From: a virus | Taxonomy: Duplodnaviria; Caudoviricetes | IMG/VR virus record: IMGVR_UViG_3300028591_000013 | Location: 39,569-103,568 of that record | DNA: 64,000 nt | Strand: one strand, 5' to 3' | Shown: positions 35,568 to 49,306 of the stretch, piece by piece | Layout: each line of letters opens with the position of its first letter | How positions within the stretch are numbered: position 1 is the stretch's first letter | The notes under the pieces: generated by a model | The model's input: only the letters and a program-made list of their open reading frames with translations | What the model was told of the DNA's origin: nothing | Databases searched by the model: none | Made by a program: the position numbers and the translations under genes

Positions 35568-35934
35568 GCATTTTAGGAAATACATGAGATTGTATGGTCC
35601 CCACTTCACCAAAGAGTTATGTAACTTTGCTGTGTCTTTAATGTCAAACGACAAAGGTAAAATAACTCCGATAACCAAAGAATGGTTAGAAGAAAAATTA
35701 AAAGCTCGGGATATTACTCTCCAATATAATAAGATGTATGATGCGGTATATGTGGCAAACATGTGCAAAGCTGATTACTTAGGAGATGCCGTCCCTGACA
35801 ATGATTACAATCTCTGTATGTACGTCAAGAAAACAATTGACGATCCTGACGGATATGATGGGTAGCCATTCTATAGATGGCTATCAGATATCGAAGGTAT
35901 GCACATTCCAGTAGATTGGTCAGAGTTTGTATGA
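35554..35934 (+). CDS. Hypothetical protein with one TAG
   Basis: ...YVANMCKADY...DDPDGYDG*PFYRW...; extends to a TGA that overlaps the next ATG. Confidence 0.75.
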
Positions 35935-36329
35935 TAGCATAGTATATACAACTTGGGGATCACGACTGGAATGTTCTTGTGTATTATAATGCAAGCAAAG
36001 AAGACTCTGTTGAAATAGCAGATTCATTAAGCCAGCTGGACTGTCCTGAATAGGATATAAGAAAATGTCTAAGAGTATTACGTAGAAAGAATACTGGCTT
36101 TACGTTTACAAATACAGACTATAAAATGAGTATTATTTGTATAGGGTAGGCTACTAACATTAGTCAATTTGTTAACACTTGTATACACGAAGCAGATCAT
36201 GTATAGGCTCATATATGTGAATACTATGGTGTTCCTATACACGGTGAAGCAGCTGCATATCTTATTGGACATCTTGTACAAAGAATGTACATGATGGTTG
36301 AAAAGATACTGAGATCGTACATAAACTAA
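35931..36329 (+). CDS. Small zincin-like (HExxH) protein with four TAG
   Basis: MIA*YIQLG...CIHEADHV*AHIC...GEAAAYL. Confidence 0.7.
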
Positions 36330-36336
36330 CAATTAT

Positions 36337-36849
36337 ATGTTCGACATAAAAGCGGATAAGATATCTCTCAGCACCGAGGATTTAGCAATTCCTCCATTTA
36401 AAGATTATTATAATGAAGCGAAGGATAAATCCTTGGCGTTGAAAGAGATAGAGTATATCGTCTGGCTATATAAATGGAATACTCCTTACGAGGCATACCC
36501 TTTAGATTAGAGACCTCGCGTAGTAGCCAAAGACGTATTTAAAGATGAAAAGTATGTACCTACTGCGGAGGTAGAAGAGCTAGCTAGGAGGTTTCGCGAA
36601 TTTTAGGAGACGCCGGGAACACGATTATTAGCAGCCTCATAGACTGCAGCAGAGGGGCTTATAGCTGCCCTAAACGACTACTCTTAGGGTAATATGGATA
36701 TTGACACTGCCATCAAAGTCACACGAATATTGAAAGACGTTGGCAATATAGTTAAGTCTCTGGATACGGCTATGAAACAAGCTAAAGCCGAGTAGTTGGA
36801 GACAGGTCGAATTAAAGGTGGCGGTATTATAGGCCGCTACGAAATTTAA
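36337..36849 (+). CDS. crAss-like late protein (possible terminase small subunit) with five TAG
   Basis: MFDIKADKISL...IKGGGIIGRYEI is open only when TAG is read as sense; function is inferred. Confidence 0.65.
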
Positions 36850-36855
36850 TATAAT

Positions 36856-37989
36856 ATGGATAAGAAAGTATTACTTCAAGATCTTGTCGAAACTGGTCGC
36901 AATGTCCGTAAACAAATAATCTCTAAGGTAGTTTGCACAGATCGTGGCGTGTATCCAATCGGTGAATTGTGGGATGCCAACACAACAATCAACACTATCG
37001 TAGACGGAGCTACAATTGCATTCGACACGCTTAAAGAGGTTGAAGTCAAGCTTAACTCACTTGATAGAGACCTTAACGCTGAGACTGCTAGAGCTAAAGC
37101 AGTTGAGTAGGCTTTGGATGCTGCGAAAGCAGATAAAGCTACTACACTCGAAGGATATGGTATAACTGATGCTTACACAAAGCAGGAAGTAAATGATAAG
37201 ATTGGTGATCTTGGTGATCTTGTAATTCCCGACGTTCCTGAATACTGGACGGTCGGTGACAGAAAGTTTGATCATGATCCCAGCGTAGAATATTCTGAGA
37301 ACTTCGATTATATATGGGATGAGGCTTCTTGGAATGATTCGTACGAGAATGGAGGACTTAAGCTCTACTACGAGAAGTATCCTGAGGAAGACCTCTGGAA
37401 TACTGTAGAGAATCGTCCTGCAAATATAAACGATCGTGCTGCTGACGGTACATATCCTAATTGCATCCATTGTTGGCTTGGAGCTATAAATGCTCCTGGT
37501 GCCAAGTATCCTTGGATTGTTCCTCATTTTGATAAGGTTGAAAACGCTAAGGTTGTCTTCGAATATGAAGGTAAAGAACCTATTAAGCCTTGGGGAGATA
37601 CATTATTCTCGGATCTTAATGGAAACAAAACATGGGGATGTGCATCTGTTCCTGTAGAGCTTGGTGAAGAGTTTATCCTTGATAACCAAGGACATACTAC
37701 ATTTGATATTAATAAGTTCAAGATGAAGCTTGAGCGTCAAGATGTAGTATATCACGAAGCGCAGGAAGGTTACACGATTCCGCATACCGTTAAGTCTTAC
37801 GTAGACATGTGGATTGCTAGAGTAATCGATATGATTGTTCATGGTGAAGGTGGTCAATTAGGACCTGACACAGTTGGTACAAGTGAGATTATTGACGGTT
37901 CAATCAAACTTGAAGATTTTTCACAAGAAGTAAAAGACAAACTGTAGGCTACAGTTGACGAAGAGAGCGAGAATGCGACCTTTCATTAA
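36856..37989 (+). CDS. Putative tail/structural protein with two TAG
   Basis: KADKATTLEGYGITDAYTK fibre motif; joined through TAG at 37108 and 37945. Confidence 0.7.
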
Positions 37990-38021
37990 TTGACCTACTT
38001 TAATTTTTTAATTTATAAATT

Positions 38022-38978
38022 ATGGATAAAAAGTATTTATCAAAACTTACCTTTGGTAGTAATACCTATGACTTGAAGGATGCCGAGGCTCGTTTGGAGA
38101 TTGACAATATTAAAACGTCAATCACTGGTGCCATGCATTGGGCTGGCTTCACCACTACTGCTCTGGTAGACGGTTCTACTACTAACCCCATCGTAATTGA
38201 TGGTGAGAATTACACCGCTAAGGCCGGTGATGTTGTAGCTATCGCAGGTGATACCTACGAGGAGGAGAAGGAGTTCGTGTTCAATGGAACCAAGTGGCAG
38301 AAGATGGGTCCTGCTGGCTCATTCAAAGCTCTTGCTTTCAAAGATAGCGCTACTGGTGATGTTACTTGTGCTGGTAGTAACTCTGCTTCATCTGTATCGT
38401 TCTCAGGTACCGCTACCGAGACTGTTTTGAAGGCTATTGACAGCGAGGCTGTTGCTCCTTCATTTACTGAGGGTGCTTTCAGTGCTGGTACGCTTCCTAG
38501 CTTTACAGAGGGCGCATTCACCCCAGCTTCTTTGGCTGAAGGTTTCGTAACTGCTGGTTCTGCTGCTTCTTACAGCCACAGCGGTTTCGATGGTGGTTCA
38601 CTCGGTGCTGCCACTACTGGTACCTTTACCACAGAGGGTATTGTTGCTTCTGTAAACGAGGCTAACGAGCTTCTCACTCTTAGTGACGCCTCTACTTCTA
38701 GTGCTGTAACTGCTCAGGGTACGTTTACTCCTGCTACTTATGGTACTGATACATTCAACGGTGGTACTCCTACCTCTATTGATGTAAGTAAGTTTGATGG
38801 TGGTTCTAAGGCTTCTGACACCTTCAGTGCAGGTACTCTGCCTTCTAAGGCTGCTGATACCTTTAATGCTGGTAGCGCTGCTACGTTCACTACTGAGTCT
38901 GTTATTACTGACCTTGGTACTGCAACTGCTGCTGCTCAGGTATTCACTGGTTCTACTGTATCTGTAACAGTATCTTAA
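38022..38978 (+). CDS. Ser/Thr/Gly-rich structural (fibre-like) protein
   Basis: YDLKDAEAR N-terminus; repeated F.AG.LPS units; no TAG. Confidence 0.75.
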   Translation: MDKKYLSKLTFGSNTYDLKDAEARLEIDNIKTSITGAMHWAGFTTTALVDGSTTNPIVIDGENYTAKAGDVVAIAGDTYEEEKEFVFNGTKWQKMGPAGSFKALAFKDSATGDVTCAGSNSASSVSFSGTATETVLKAIDSEAVAPSFTEGAFSAGTLPSFTEGAFTPASLAEGFVTAGSAASYSHSGFDGGSLGAATTGTFTTEGIVASVNEANELLTLSDASTSSAVTAQGTFTPATYGTDTFNGGTPTSIDVSKFDGGSKASDTFSAGTLPSKAADTFNAGSAATFTTESVITDLGTATAAAQVFTGSTVSVTVS

Positions 38979-39076
38979 TCATATTTAAGGCTTGTGGGGT
39001 CATAAGTACCCCACTTCCTTAAATTATTAATAACCCTTACGAGATCAAAACGTACTCGGAGGTAAAATATATTACT

Positions 39077-39520
39077 ATGTATAATCCATAGATAAAAGAT
39101 AAATATTCTTTAATTGATCTTACGAGATACGGAACGAAAGCAAGAAAGCATGTACATTCTGATGTGCTAATAGGTGTACATCCTCCATATCCTTTATTCA
39201 AGGAAGGAGATATACTCGATGCAAACGCTACGTTCAATCTTATACAAAATGCGTATGATCAAAGTAAGGTATACAAAATACTATCTACTAGGATTGATGA
39301 AGTCGAAGAAACTGTAAGAAATATAGATGTAGACTTTGAGTCTGTTAGAGAAGAAATCGAACAGACAGAACAATCCGTTGTAGAATTAGAAAGAAAACAT
39401 GATCGTGATATATAGGACGCAAAGCGGTATGTTGATCAAGAAATAGATAAAGCTACTGCTAAAGTTGTATATGACGAATTAGAAGAAAACTTATTAGTAT
39501 ATAACGTAAATCATGGTTAA
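39077..39520 (+). CDS. Hypothetical coiled-coil protein with two TAG
   Basis: MYNP*IKDK...DRDI*DAKRY...NHG-TAA. Confidence 0.7.
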
Positions 39521-42500
39521 ACATATTGCAAAAATCGTTCTTGGCGAAGAATTGTATAATATAAAAGATACTGAGGTTAGGGGCGATCTTAATAGTCACG
39601 AATCAAATACAAATGTGCACGTAACCGCTGCTGAGAAGGAATATTGGAATTCAAAAGTTAACCCTCCTTCTTATTCAGCACCTACTGCTAAATCATTAAC
39701 GTATATTGGAGAACCTCAGGCTTTACTTAACGCAGGAAGTTCTACTGCCGGAACCATTCAGTATTCTATAGATTAGAGCGAATGGTCTACTAATATTCCG
39801 CAGGCTACTAATGCTGGAACATATTTTGCATATTGGAGATTCATTGGTGCAGAGGTAGTTTATATAGACTCTACTGCAATAGAAGTAACAATATCTAAAG
39901 CAAACCCAGCATACACAGCTCCTAGTACTAAATCGCTTATATACAATGGTAATTCACAAGAGCTAATCAACGCTGGAGAGTCTAATGACGGAACGTTTAG
40001 TTATTCTGCAGATGAAGAAACTTGGACATCTTCTGTTCCACAAGCCACTAATGCTGGAGAGCATACTTCATATTGGAAGTTGACAGGTGACGCTAATCAT
40101 AATGATGTAGTATCGACACCTATTACAACTACTATTTCTAAGGTCACTCCTACTGTAACAGCACCTGTTACAAAGACTGGTCTTGTATATAGCGAACTTG
40201 CACAAACTTTAGCAGATAATGGTTCTACTAACTTTGGAACGTTGCAGTATTCATCAGACGGACAGACTTATACAACATCTGTTCCTCAAGCAATTAATGC
40301 CGGTGAACATACTGTATACTATAAGGTAGTAGGTGATAGCAACATCAACGATGTTGCTGCCGCAACAATAACAGCTTCTATAGCTAAAGTAACTCCTACT
40401 GTAACTGCTCCTACTCCAAAGGTTGTTGTATTCGATGGTACAGCACAAGAGCTTATTACAGCTGGTTCTACTGATTTTGGTACAATACAATATAAGGTTG
40501 GTAGTGATTCATGGTCAACAGAAATACCAACTAGAACAAACGGAGGTTCATACGAACTCTTATATAAAGTAGTCGGAGATTCAAACATTAATGATGTACC
40601 ATATGATACAGTAGAATGTTCTATCTCTGAAAAAGAAATAACGGCTACCGTAGAACTGTCACAAGATACATATGTTTACGATGGACTTGCTAAGACTCCA
40701 TCTGTAACAGTTAAAGACGGTAGTGTGATAATTGACCCATCTGAATATTCTGTTTCTTATAGTAATAATATTAATGCAGGAACAGCAACGGTTTCAGTTT
40801 ATGATAACGACGGTGGTGATTATAATGTAGTGGGCAGTGCTACCTTTACTATTACAAAGACTAGTGGAAGTGTAACCTCAGCCCCTACTGCTAAATCTCT
40901 TACATACAGCGGTTCGGCACAAACCCTTGCTAACGAAGGAAGTGGTACAGGTATAATGTATTACAGTCTTAGCGAAGATAGTGACTTTAGTACAACAGTA
41001 CCTACTGGAACAAATTCCGGTAGTTATACTGTATATTATTACGCTGCAGAAAGTGCTAACTATAATCAAAGCTCAACTGAAAGCATATCAGTGACGATCG
41101 GAAAGGCCAACGGTAGTGTCACCTCTGCTCCTACGGCAAAGAGCCTTACATACAGCGGTTCTGCACAGACGCTTCTCAATGCTGGTTCTGGTACTGGCAC
41201 GATGTATTACAGCCTGAATTCTTCAAGCGACTTCTCTACAACAATTCCTACTGGTACTAATGCTATAAGCTACACAGTTTATTATTACGCTGCTGAAAGT
41301 GACAATTATAATCAGAGTGCTACCGGTAATATTTCTGTAAGTATTGGCAAAGCAGATCCTACATATACTGCTCCTACTGCTACATCTCCTATGTACACTG
41401 GCTTAGCACAAGCATTGTTAGTTACAGGCTCTACAAGTGAAGGTACAATGCAATACAGCAGTGACAATTCTACTTGGGATACTACTATACCTACTGGTAC
41501 CAATGCCAATACATATACCTCATATTGGAGAATAATTGGGGATAGTAACCATAAGGATAAAGAGTCTGATTCTATTAATACTGTTATTGCTAAAGCAAGT
41601 CAAAGTGCTCCTACTGCAACTGGAGATTCTGTTATCTATGGCAACACAGCAACAGCAACAGCTAGCGGAGGAGGAAATCAAGGTACTATTGAATGGAGTA
41701 ATGGCGGCACTCTTACTGGAAATGTAGGAAGCAAAATTACTAAAGCAAGATGGTCTGGAAATAGTAATTATGAGGCTTCTCCTTACTCTAATGAGGTAAC
41801 ATTGGAAATTACGAAAGCTGCAGGAAGTGCAACAGCTCCAACAGCTAAGGCTCTTACATATAATAGTAGTGCCCAAACTTTAGCAAATGCTGGTAGTGGT
41901 ACTGGAACAATATATTATAGATTAGGAACAAGTGGTGATTTCTCTACTACAGTACCTAGTTAGACAAATGCAGGTTCTTGGACATTGTACTACTATGCTG
42001 CAGCCTCGACTAACTACACTTAGAGTGATACTGGTTCTATAACAGTTTCTATAGGTAAAGCAAATCAATCTGCTCCAACAGCTTCAGGAGCTACTACAAC
42101 ATATAGTACAACGGCTACAGCTACAGCATCAGGTGGTGGTGGTCAGGGTTCTATTGAATGGTCTAATGGTAATACTTAGACATCAGTTGGTTCTAAAACT
42201 ACTCAAGCTAGATGGTCTGGAAATAGTAATTATAATGCTTCAGATTGGTCAAACCAAGTAACATTAACAATGAACAAAGCTAGTGGCTCCGTTTCAACTG
42301 CCCCTGCAAACAGAGGAGTTACATATAATGGATCTAATCAGACTTTGGTAACTGCAGGCTCTGGTACTGGAACTATGTATTATTATGGTGCTAGTAATTC
42401 TTCTTATAGTACTAGTTTACCCTATGCTTCAGGTGCTGGTAGTTATACTATTTATTACTATTGTGCTGAGTCTACTAACTATACTCAAAGTTCCACTGGA

Positions 42501-43487
42501 TCTATGACTGCTACCATAGGAAAGGCTTCTCAGTCAGCTCCAACGGCCTCTGGATCTTCTGTTACATATGGTAATACTGCTACTGCTTCAGCTTCTGGAG
42601 GAGGAGGTCAAGGAAGTATTGAATGGAGTAATGGTAATACCCTTACAGGAAATGCTGGTGGTAGTAAGACTACAAAAGCTCGATGGAGTGGTAGCAGTAA
42701 CTATAATGCCTCTGGATGGTCTAATGAAGTTACTCTTTCTATTACTAAAGCTAATTAGAATGCTCCTACAGCAACTGGTGCAACAGTACAATATGGTTCT
42801 ACCGCTACAGCCTCAGCTTCTGGAGGTGGAGGACAGGGCTCCATCGAATGGAGTAATGGTAACACAAGAACTGCTATTGGTTCTTAGAATACACAAGCAC
42901 GTTGGACAGGAAATGGTAATTATAATGCGTCAGCGTGGTCTAATGAAGTAACATTAACAGTTAATGATCCTTATAACGGTTATGCTTATGTAGATCTTGG
43001 ATTACCAAGTGGTAGAAAATGGGCTAAATATAATGTTGGAGCTAGTAGTGAATCAGGATATGGTAATTTTTATATGTATGGAAAAGGTAATAGAGCATAT
43101 AATAGTTCTGATTCTGCTTATACAGGTACTGAAAATCCTCTTTCTTTAAGTGTAGATACTGCAAGACAAGTGATGGGAGGTGCTTGGAGAATGCCTACTT
43201 TAACTGAAATACAAGAATTACTTAATAATACTAACTTCTCGTGGACAACAGTTAGTGGAGTAACTGGTGCCAAATTGACAAGTAAAAATAATAGTAATTA
43301 TATTTTCCTCCCAGCCTGTGGTACATATGATGGTGGTAATAGAAAGTATGAAGGAGAAAGAGCATATATATGGTCATCGACTCCAGAAGGTAGTGATACT
43401 GCTCATACTATTTATACTAATCATGAATAGTGTAGGGATTATAGAGCATCAAGAGGAATTGGACGAACTGTTCGTGGAATAGTTTAA
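39513..43487 (+). CDS. Long repeat-containing tail fibre/adhesin (about 1324 aa) with a C-terminal lectin-like (DUF1566/CLec-type) domain
   Basis: Four track ORFs lie in one frame joined by TAGs; repeats of about 80 aa (APTAKSLTY.G..Q.L.NAG...TNAG.Y); C-terminal YVDLGLPSGRKWA...WRMPT...IFLPA.G...WSST...VRG. Confidence 0.85.
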
Positions 43488-43507
43488 TGGTTAATATATT
43501 TTGTATT

Positions 43508-44095
43508 ATGAAAAGAAATGGACCAATAAAATATTTTTCATATCTTACTGAATATAGTGTACTATATATTGTAGGGTATGATTTAGAGAAAGTTAATGAA
43601 GATATGTATTCTTGGCATGAATTAATTTTATTTAAAGATGAATATAATAAGCTTGACATAGATACTATTAAGGAAGTAATCATTAATGATATTAATAATA
43701 GAACTGATGAAACTATTCTTAATGGTTTTGTTTGGAAAGAAATGTCTATTTATTTATCTAAAGAAAATTAGTTTAATTTCAAAGCAGCTTACGATCTTGC
43801 ATTACAAACACAAGGAGCTTCTTTGCCTGTTAAATTTAAATTAGGGCAAACTCCAAGTTATAATGAAAATATAGGTACTGAAGATGAACCAAACATTGTA
43901 AAACGTGGTGGAGATCCTGTATACTATACTTTTGAAACTCTAGAAGACATTTCTGATTTCTATGTAAAAGCTATTGCTTTTATTAATCAAACACTTAATG
44001 AAGGTTGGATTAAAAAAGATAGTATTGATTGGACTCCTTATGAGAACGCCTTGAATACTCAACCAGAAGTAACAGAAGAACCTACTGAAGAATGA
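43508..44095 (+). CDS. Tail-fibre-associated protein (DUF4376-like) with one TAG
   Basis: YLSKEN*FNFKAAYDLALQT..LPVKFKLG; the TAG sits where an ENQFN motif is expected from recalled homologs. Confidence 0.75.
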
Positions 44096-44559
44096 ATACC
44101 GATATAATACCTACACTAATTAGTTCTGTTATAGCAGGTGAGTTCTTATTAGTAGATATAATAAAGAATAAAAAGATTCCTGAAAGTATATCTGCTACAG
44201 TATACGACTTACCTAAGGCATAGAAGTGGATATGGACTATATGGATGTGGTTGATATCATTAACTGCATGCATACCAATGATGGATAAAGTACCAGCACC
44301 ATTAGGGTTTGCTACAATGGCATCTCTAATGTTCTGCGGTGCACTCCCACTATAGAAGAAACAATCATAGACTATGCATAATATCTTTGGGATAAGCTCA
44401 GGTATATTATCATAGATATGTGTAGCTATAATGAATCCTGCATGTTTAGCTGTATGGGCATTGATGCCTATAGCACTTATAAAGAAGCTAAAGGATAATG
44501 CTGTATTCATAGCAGAGCTGATATGTGCAGTATCATTATATTGTAGTCAACTATTATAA
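44092..44559 (+). CDS. Multi-pass membrane protein with four TAG
   Basis: MNTDIIPTLISSV...IPESISATVY...; hydrophobic and fills the gap before terL. Confidence 0.7.
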
Positions 44560-44565
44560 TAAATC

Positions 44566-46629
44566 ATGGTAGACTTTAATAAAAAGATAATTAATACAAA
44601 CAAGTTCCGCCAGGCAGCAATATTTTTCAAAGAACATGGAACATATACGCTAGCCCCGCGAGGCACTACAGATTATACACAATACTGGGACCGGGAAACG
44701 GAGCGCTGTATAAATGGTTATGTTGCTCCTGACGGAGATTTTATTACCGGCTACCATTATTTTTACTTAAACTACAGTCCTATCATTAAACGTAAAAACA
44801 CAGAATATATAGACCGTAACGGAGATAAACGAATCAGGCGTGAGCGTATACTAGACTTCCCTGATTTCTGGGACGGCGATTATTACTTCTTTTAGGCTGT
44901 AGAAGAGGCCGAGCTGCAAGGTAAACACCTTGCAGTTCTAAAGGCCCGTAAAAAGGGATTTAGTTTTAAAGGCTCATCAATGCTTGTTAGAAACTATGCC
45001 CTTATTAAAGAATCTAAGAGCTTTGCGATAGCGTCAGAACAAAAGTTCCTTATTGGAGATGGACTGCTAACGAAAGCTTGGGAGATTATGGATTTTGTAG
45101 ACTAGCACACAGACTGGGCTAAGCGTAGATTAACCGCTACCCGTATGGAACGTGTTTCTGGTTTTAAAATCAAAGATGAATTCGGTAGAGAAACCGAACA
45201 AGGATACAAATCATCAATAACAGGAATGACTCTTAAGAATGATCCAGAGCGTGTTCGTGGTATTCGTGGTAAGCTTGTACTCTTTGAGGAGAGTGGTAAG
45301 TTCCCAAATCTAGAGACAGCATGGCGTGTAAGCCAGCCTTCTATGGAGGATGATAACGGAGAGGCATTCGGACTTATGATTGCTTTTGGTACTGGTGGTA
45401 CTGAAGGTGGTCAGTTTGATGGATTAAAAACATTATTTTATAGTCCAGAAGCTTATAACGTGCTTAGCTTCCCTAATATATGGGATGATAAAGCTGAGGA
45501 AACTAGATGCGGTTATTTCTCACCTTTCTATCTAAACATGGAAGGTTTCGATGAGAATGGAGACCGCATATTTATGGATAAAGATGGAAACAGTCTAGTA
45601 GAGAAAGCTATCGAAGATACTATAGCCAAACGTAATGAAGTTAAGTCTGGCGGTGCTTCATAGACGTCTATTGACCGTTTTATATCTGAGCGACCTATAA
45701 AACCATAGGAAGCTGTATTAGAATTGGGTAAAAATATATTCCCCCGTAAACTCTTAATGGACCAATTAACCCGTATTAGAACTAATAAGAAACTGTAGAA
45801 CATGAAACATATAGTAGATCTAGTGTGGGATGGTAAAGGAGGAGTAGAAGCACGTGAAAAGAAATCTGGAGATATAACAACATATCATTTAAAGAAAGAT
45901 GACAAACCAGGAGGATCAGTAGTTATATGGGAATACCCAATCCCAGATCCCCCCTTCGGACTATACATTGGCGGTTGCGACCCGTATGATCACGACGAGT
46001 CGTTCACTAACTCCTTAGGATCGACGTTCATTTTTAAGCGCGTTAGAGCAGGAGAAGCATGGAACGACGTAATTGTGGCAGAGTACACCGGTCGTCCGGA
46101 TACTGCGGAAGAGTATTATGAAAATGTTCGCAAACTACTGATATTTTATAATGCGAGACTTTTGTTTGAGAATGAACGTAAGGGTATTTACCCTTACTTC
46201 ACAAACAAACATTGTGATTACCTACTGGCAGATCAACCAGATAAAATTATTACGGAGGTCTTTAAAGACAGTAAAGTGCAGCGCCGTAAAGGCTGTCACA
46301 TGACTAAATAGATTAGGGCTTATGGAGAAGGATTAATTCTCGAATGGCTAATGGAAGAATATGAAGAAGGCCATCCTAATCTAGAAAGAATATACAGCGA
46401 ACCACTTATAGAAGAACTAATAGAGAATGATGGTGTACGAAACGTAGACCGTGTTATTGCCCTGTGTATGGTTATGATATATAGAGAAGAGCTCTATTAG
46501 GTTAAAGTGTCAGCTGCAAAAGAAGAAAACAAACAGGTTGAACTCTTCGAATTGCCGTTATTCAGTTAGCGTTATTGGGATGCTGGCGATAACGACGTGA
46601 AAGACGATATACCTTTATTTAGCTTTTAA
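44566..46629 (+). CDS. terL: Terminase large subunit with eight in-frame TAG
   Basis: Walker A-like LKARKKGFS, Walker B LVLFEESG, AFGTGG, nuclease motifs GCDPYDHD and NVDRV; TAG at 44893, 45103, 45661, 45706, 45796, 46309, 46498 and 46567. Confidence 0.92.
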
Positions 46630-46631
46630 CA

Positions 46632-49121
46632 ATGGTTAGAGTAGAAGATAATTTATATAACGCATCATTCCCTCAACAGAAGCTACCTCTTAAAAAGAAA
46701 GATGAGAAGTGGCAGCAAGACTGTGTTAACTATATTATTGGCGAGGGAAACATTACGTCTGGCGGTATGGCCAAGACGCCTTTCGGAGAGATATAGACCT
46801 ACTACAACCTTTATAATTCTATATTTGATGAAAAAGACTTCAAGCGAATTACAAACCCGTTTAAAGTAGAAGATGGGTTTCCCGCTACTCCTCAAGATTT
46901 CAATATAATAAGGCCTAAGGTAGACCTCCTTATAGGTGAAGAGACAAAGAGGCCGATGAACTTCAGGGTAGTGAGAACATCGTAGGAAGCTGCATCAGAA
47001 CTTATGGATAAAGAGAAGGAGATGCTTATGCAATATATTATGGCATCTATTACTGCTCGCATGAGTCCAGAAGAAGCTGAACAATTCTAGCAACAGCTAT
47101 AGAACGGCGAAATAATGCCCCCTGAAGCTATCGCTAAATATATGACAAAGGATTATAAAGATGTTGTAGAGAACACAGCATATCATACTCTCACATATTT
47201 AAGAGAAAAATTAAACCTAGATAACGAGTTTATTAAAGGTTGGAAGGATGCTCTTATTGCAGGTCAAGAAATATATTATGTTGGCGTGCAAAACGATGAG
47301 CCTTATTTGGAGAGAGTAAATCCAATGTTCTTTGGATACGACCACAGTCCTGATCTTGAATTTATAGAAGATGGTTCTTGGTGTTGCAGGAAGATGAGAC
47401 TTCCTGTAGCAGAGATTTATGATAGATACTATGATAAGCTTACAGAGAAGGATCTCAATAAACTGAACGAGATGCTTACTGGAAGACCAGGAAATGATAT
47501 GGGCGATAAAGACATTGTAGATACTTTTGGAGGTGGTATTCAACTGCACATATACGATAATCCAACACTGGACCAAAAGAGTCGCTATTCTATAAATGTA
47601 TGGCATTGTTGTTGGAAGTCGTTTAAAAAGATATATTATGTCACGTACTTTGATGAAGCTGGTCAAGCACAAGTTGAAATAGCAGACGAATCCTACAAGA
47701 AAACAGGTATGGAAATCTCTGTTGAACCAGATTGGATTATAGAAGTATGGGAAGGATATCGTGCGGGTTCTGATTTATACTTTGGCATTCAGCCTCTTGA
47801 ATATCAGCACGTATCTCTCGATAACCCAAATTCTTAGAAGCTTCCCTATTGCGGATGCGTTTATTCTAATACCAATAGTCGTCCTAGGTCCTTGGTTAGC
47901 ATCCTTAAGCCTTTACAGTATATGTATATAGTGCTTTGGTACAGACTAGAGTTAGCTATAGCAAGAGACAAAGGAAAAGTAGTAAATATGGATATTACAT
48001 AGATTCCTAAATCTATGAATATTACTCCGGATAGATGGATGCACTACTTGTCTAGTGTTGGTGTAAACTTTATTAATCCTTATGAAGAAGGTTGGAATGT
48101 ACCAGGAAGAGAAGGCGGAAAGCCTGCTACGTTTAATCAAATCACTTCTCTCGATCTTACTATGTCGAACGTAATCGCTGAGTATATTCAGTTGATGGAC
48201 AAGATCGAACAATTGGCAGGTACTATATCTGGTATCACAGAACAACGTGAAGGTGCTATTAGTTCTAGTGAGCTTGTGGGTAATGTAGAACGTAGTGTTG
48301 TACAATCTTCACATATTACAGAACCTTTGTTCTGGGCACACAACCAGTGTAAGCGCCACGCTTTAAATATGTTGCTTAATACAGCGCAGGGTGCATGGAG
48401 GCAGACTGGTAAACAGAAGCTTAGTTATATCTTCGATAATGGTGAGCGTGCATATCTTGATATTACAGAGAAGTTCTACTATGAAGATATGGATGTATTT
48501 GTAAGCGATACTTCTAAGGATGTGGAGAATATCCAGAAGTTGCAGCAGCTTATTCAGCCTGCTATGCAGAACGGTGCTAGCTTACTTGAAGCAGCTGAAG
48601 TACTTACAAACGACAACTTCAACATCATTAAGCAGAAGCTTAAAGAGATGCAAGAGCGTCAAGAACAGATGCAACAGCAAGCTCAGGAAGCTGAACAACA
48701 ACAAGCTGTACAGCTGCAACAGATGCAGAATGAACAGCGTGAGCAAGAGCTTATGCTTGAGGAAGCTAAGATGGAGCTTGAGCGTTACAAGATTGATGCT
48801 GATAATCAGACTAAGATTGCAGTAGCCGAGATTAGTGCATATCGTGGTACAGAAGAGAAGGATGCGAACAACAATCAAATTCCAGATCCTATCGAAATTG
48901 CCAAAGATGCTACACAACAGCGTAAGATTGCATCAGACGAGTATACTAAGCGTTATGAATCTCGACAGAAGAAGGAGATAGAAGATAAGAAGATTGATCT
49001 CGAAAAGCAGCGTATGAAGCACGAGATGGAGTTGCAGAAGTAGAAAGATGATGCTGCTCTTGAACGTGAAAGAGTTAAGGCTCGCGCAGCTATTCGTAAT
49101 AAAGTAGCTGGTGAAAAATGA
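46632..49121 (+). CDS. Portal protein with several TAG
   Basis: 829 codons directly after terL; FNIIRPKVDLLIGE, ISGITEQREG and a Gln-rich C-terminal coil. Confidence 0.88.
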
Positions 49122-49306
49122 CGCATGCTGAGGAACAAGAGCTTCTATAGCTTACTAGAGAGAACAATCAATTATTAAAACTTATACTAAGATTAGTTTG
49201 GCACGACGGAGGTGATGATTTCATGACCAACGTCGTTGCTAATCTACTTAGCAATAGAATAGACGGATATGGGCAAAGATACAACAGCATTTAGAGAACG
49301 GTTTAA
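49118..49306 (+). CDS. Small hypothetical protein with TAG
   Basis: MTHAEEQELL*LTRENN...DFMTNVVANL; ATG overlaps the portal stop. Confidence 0.55.
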
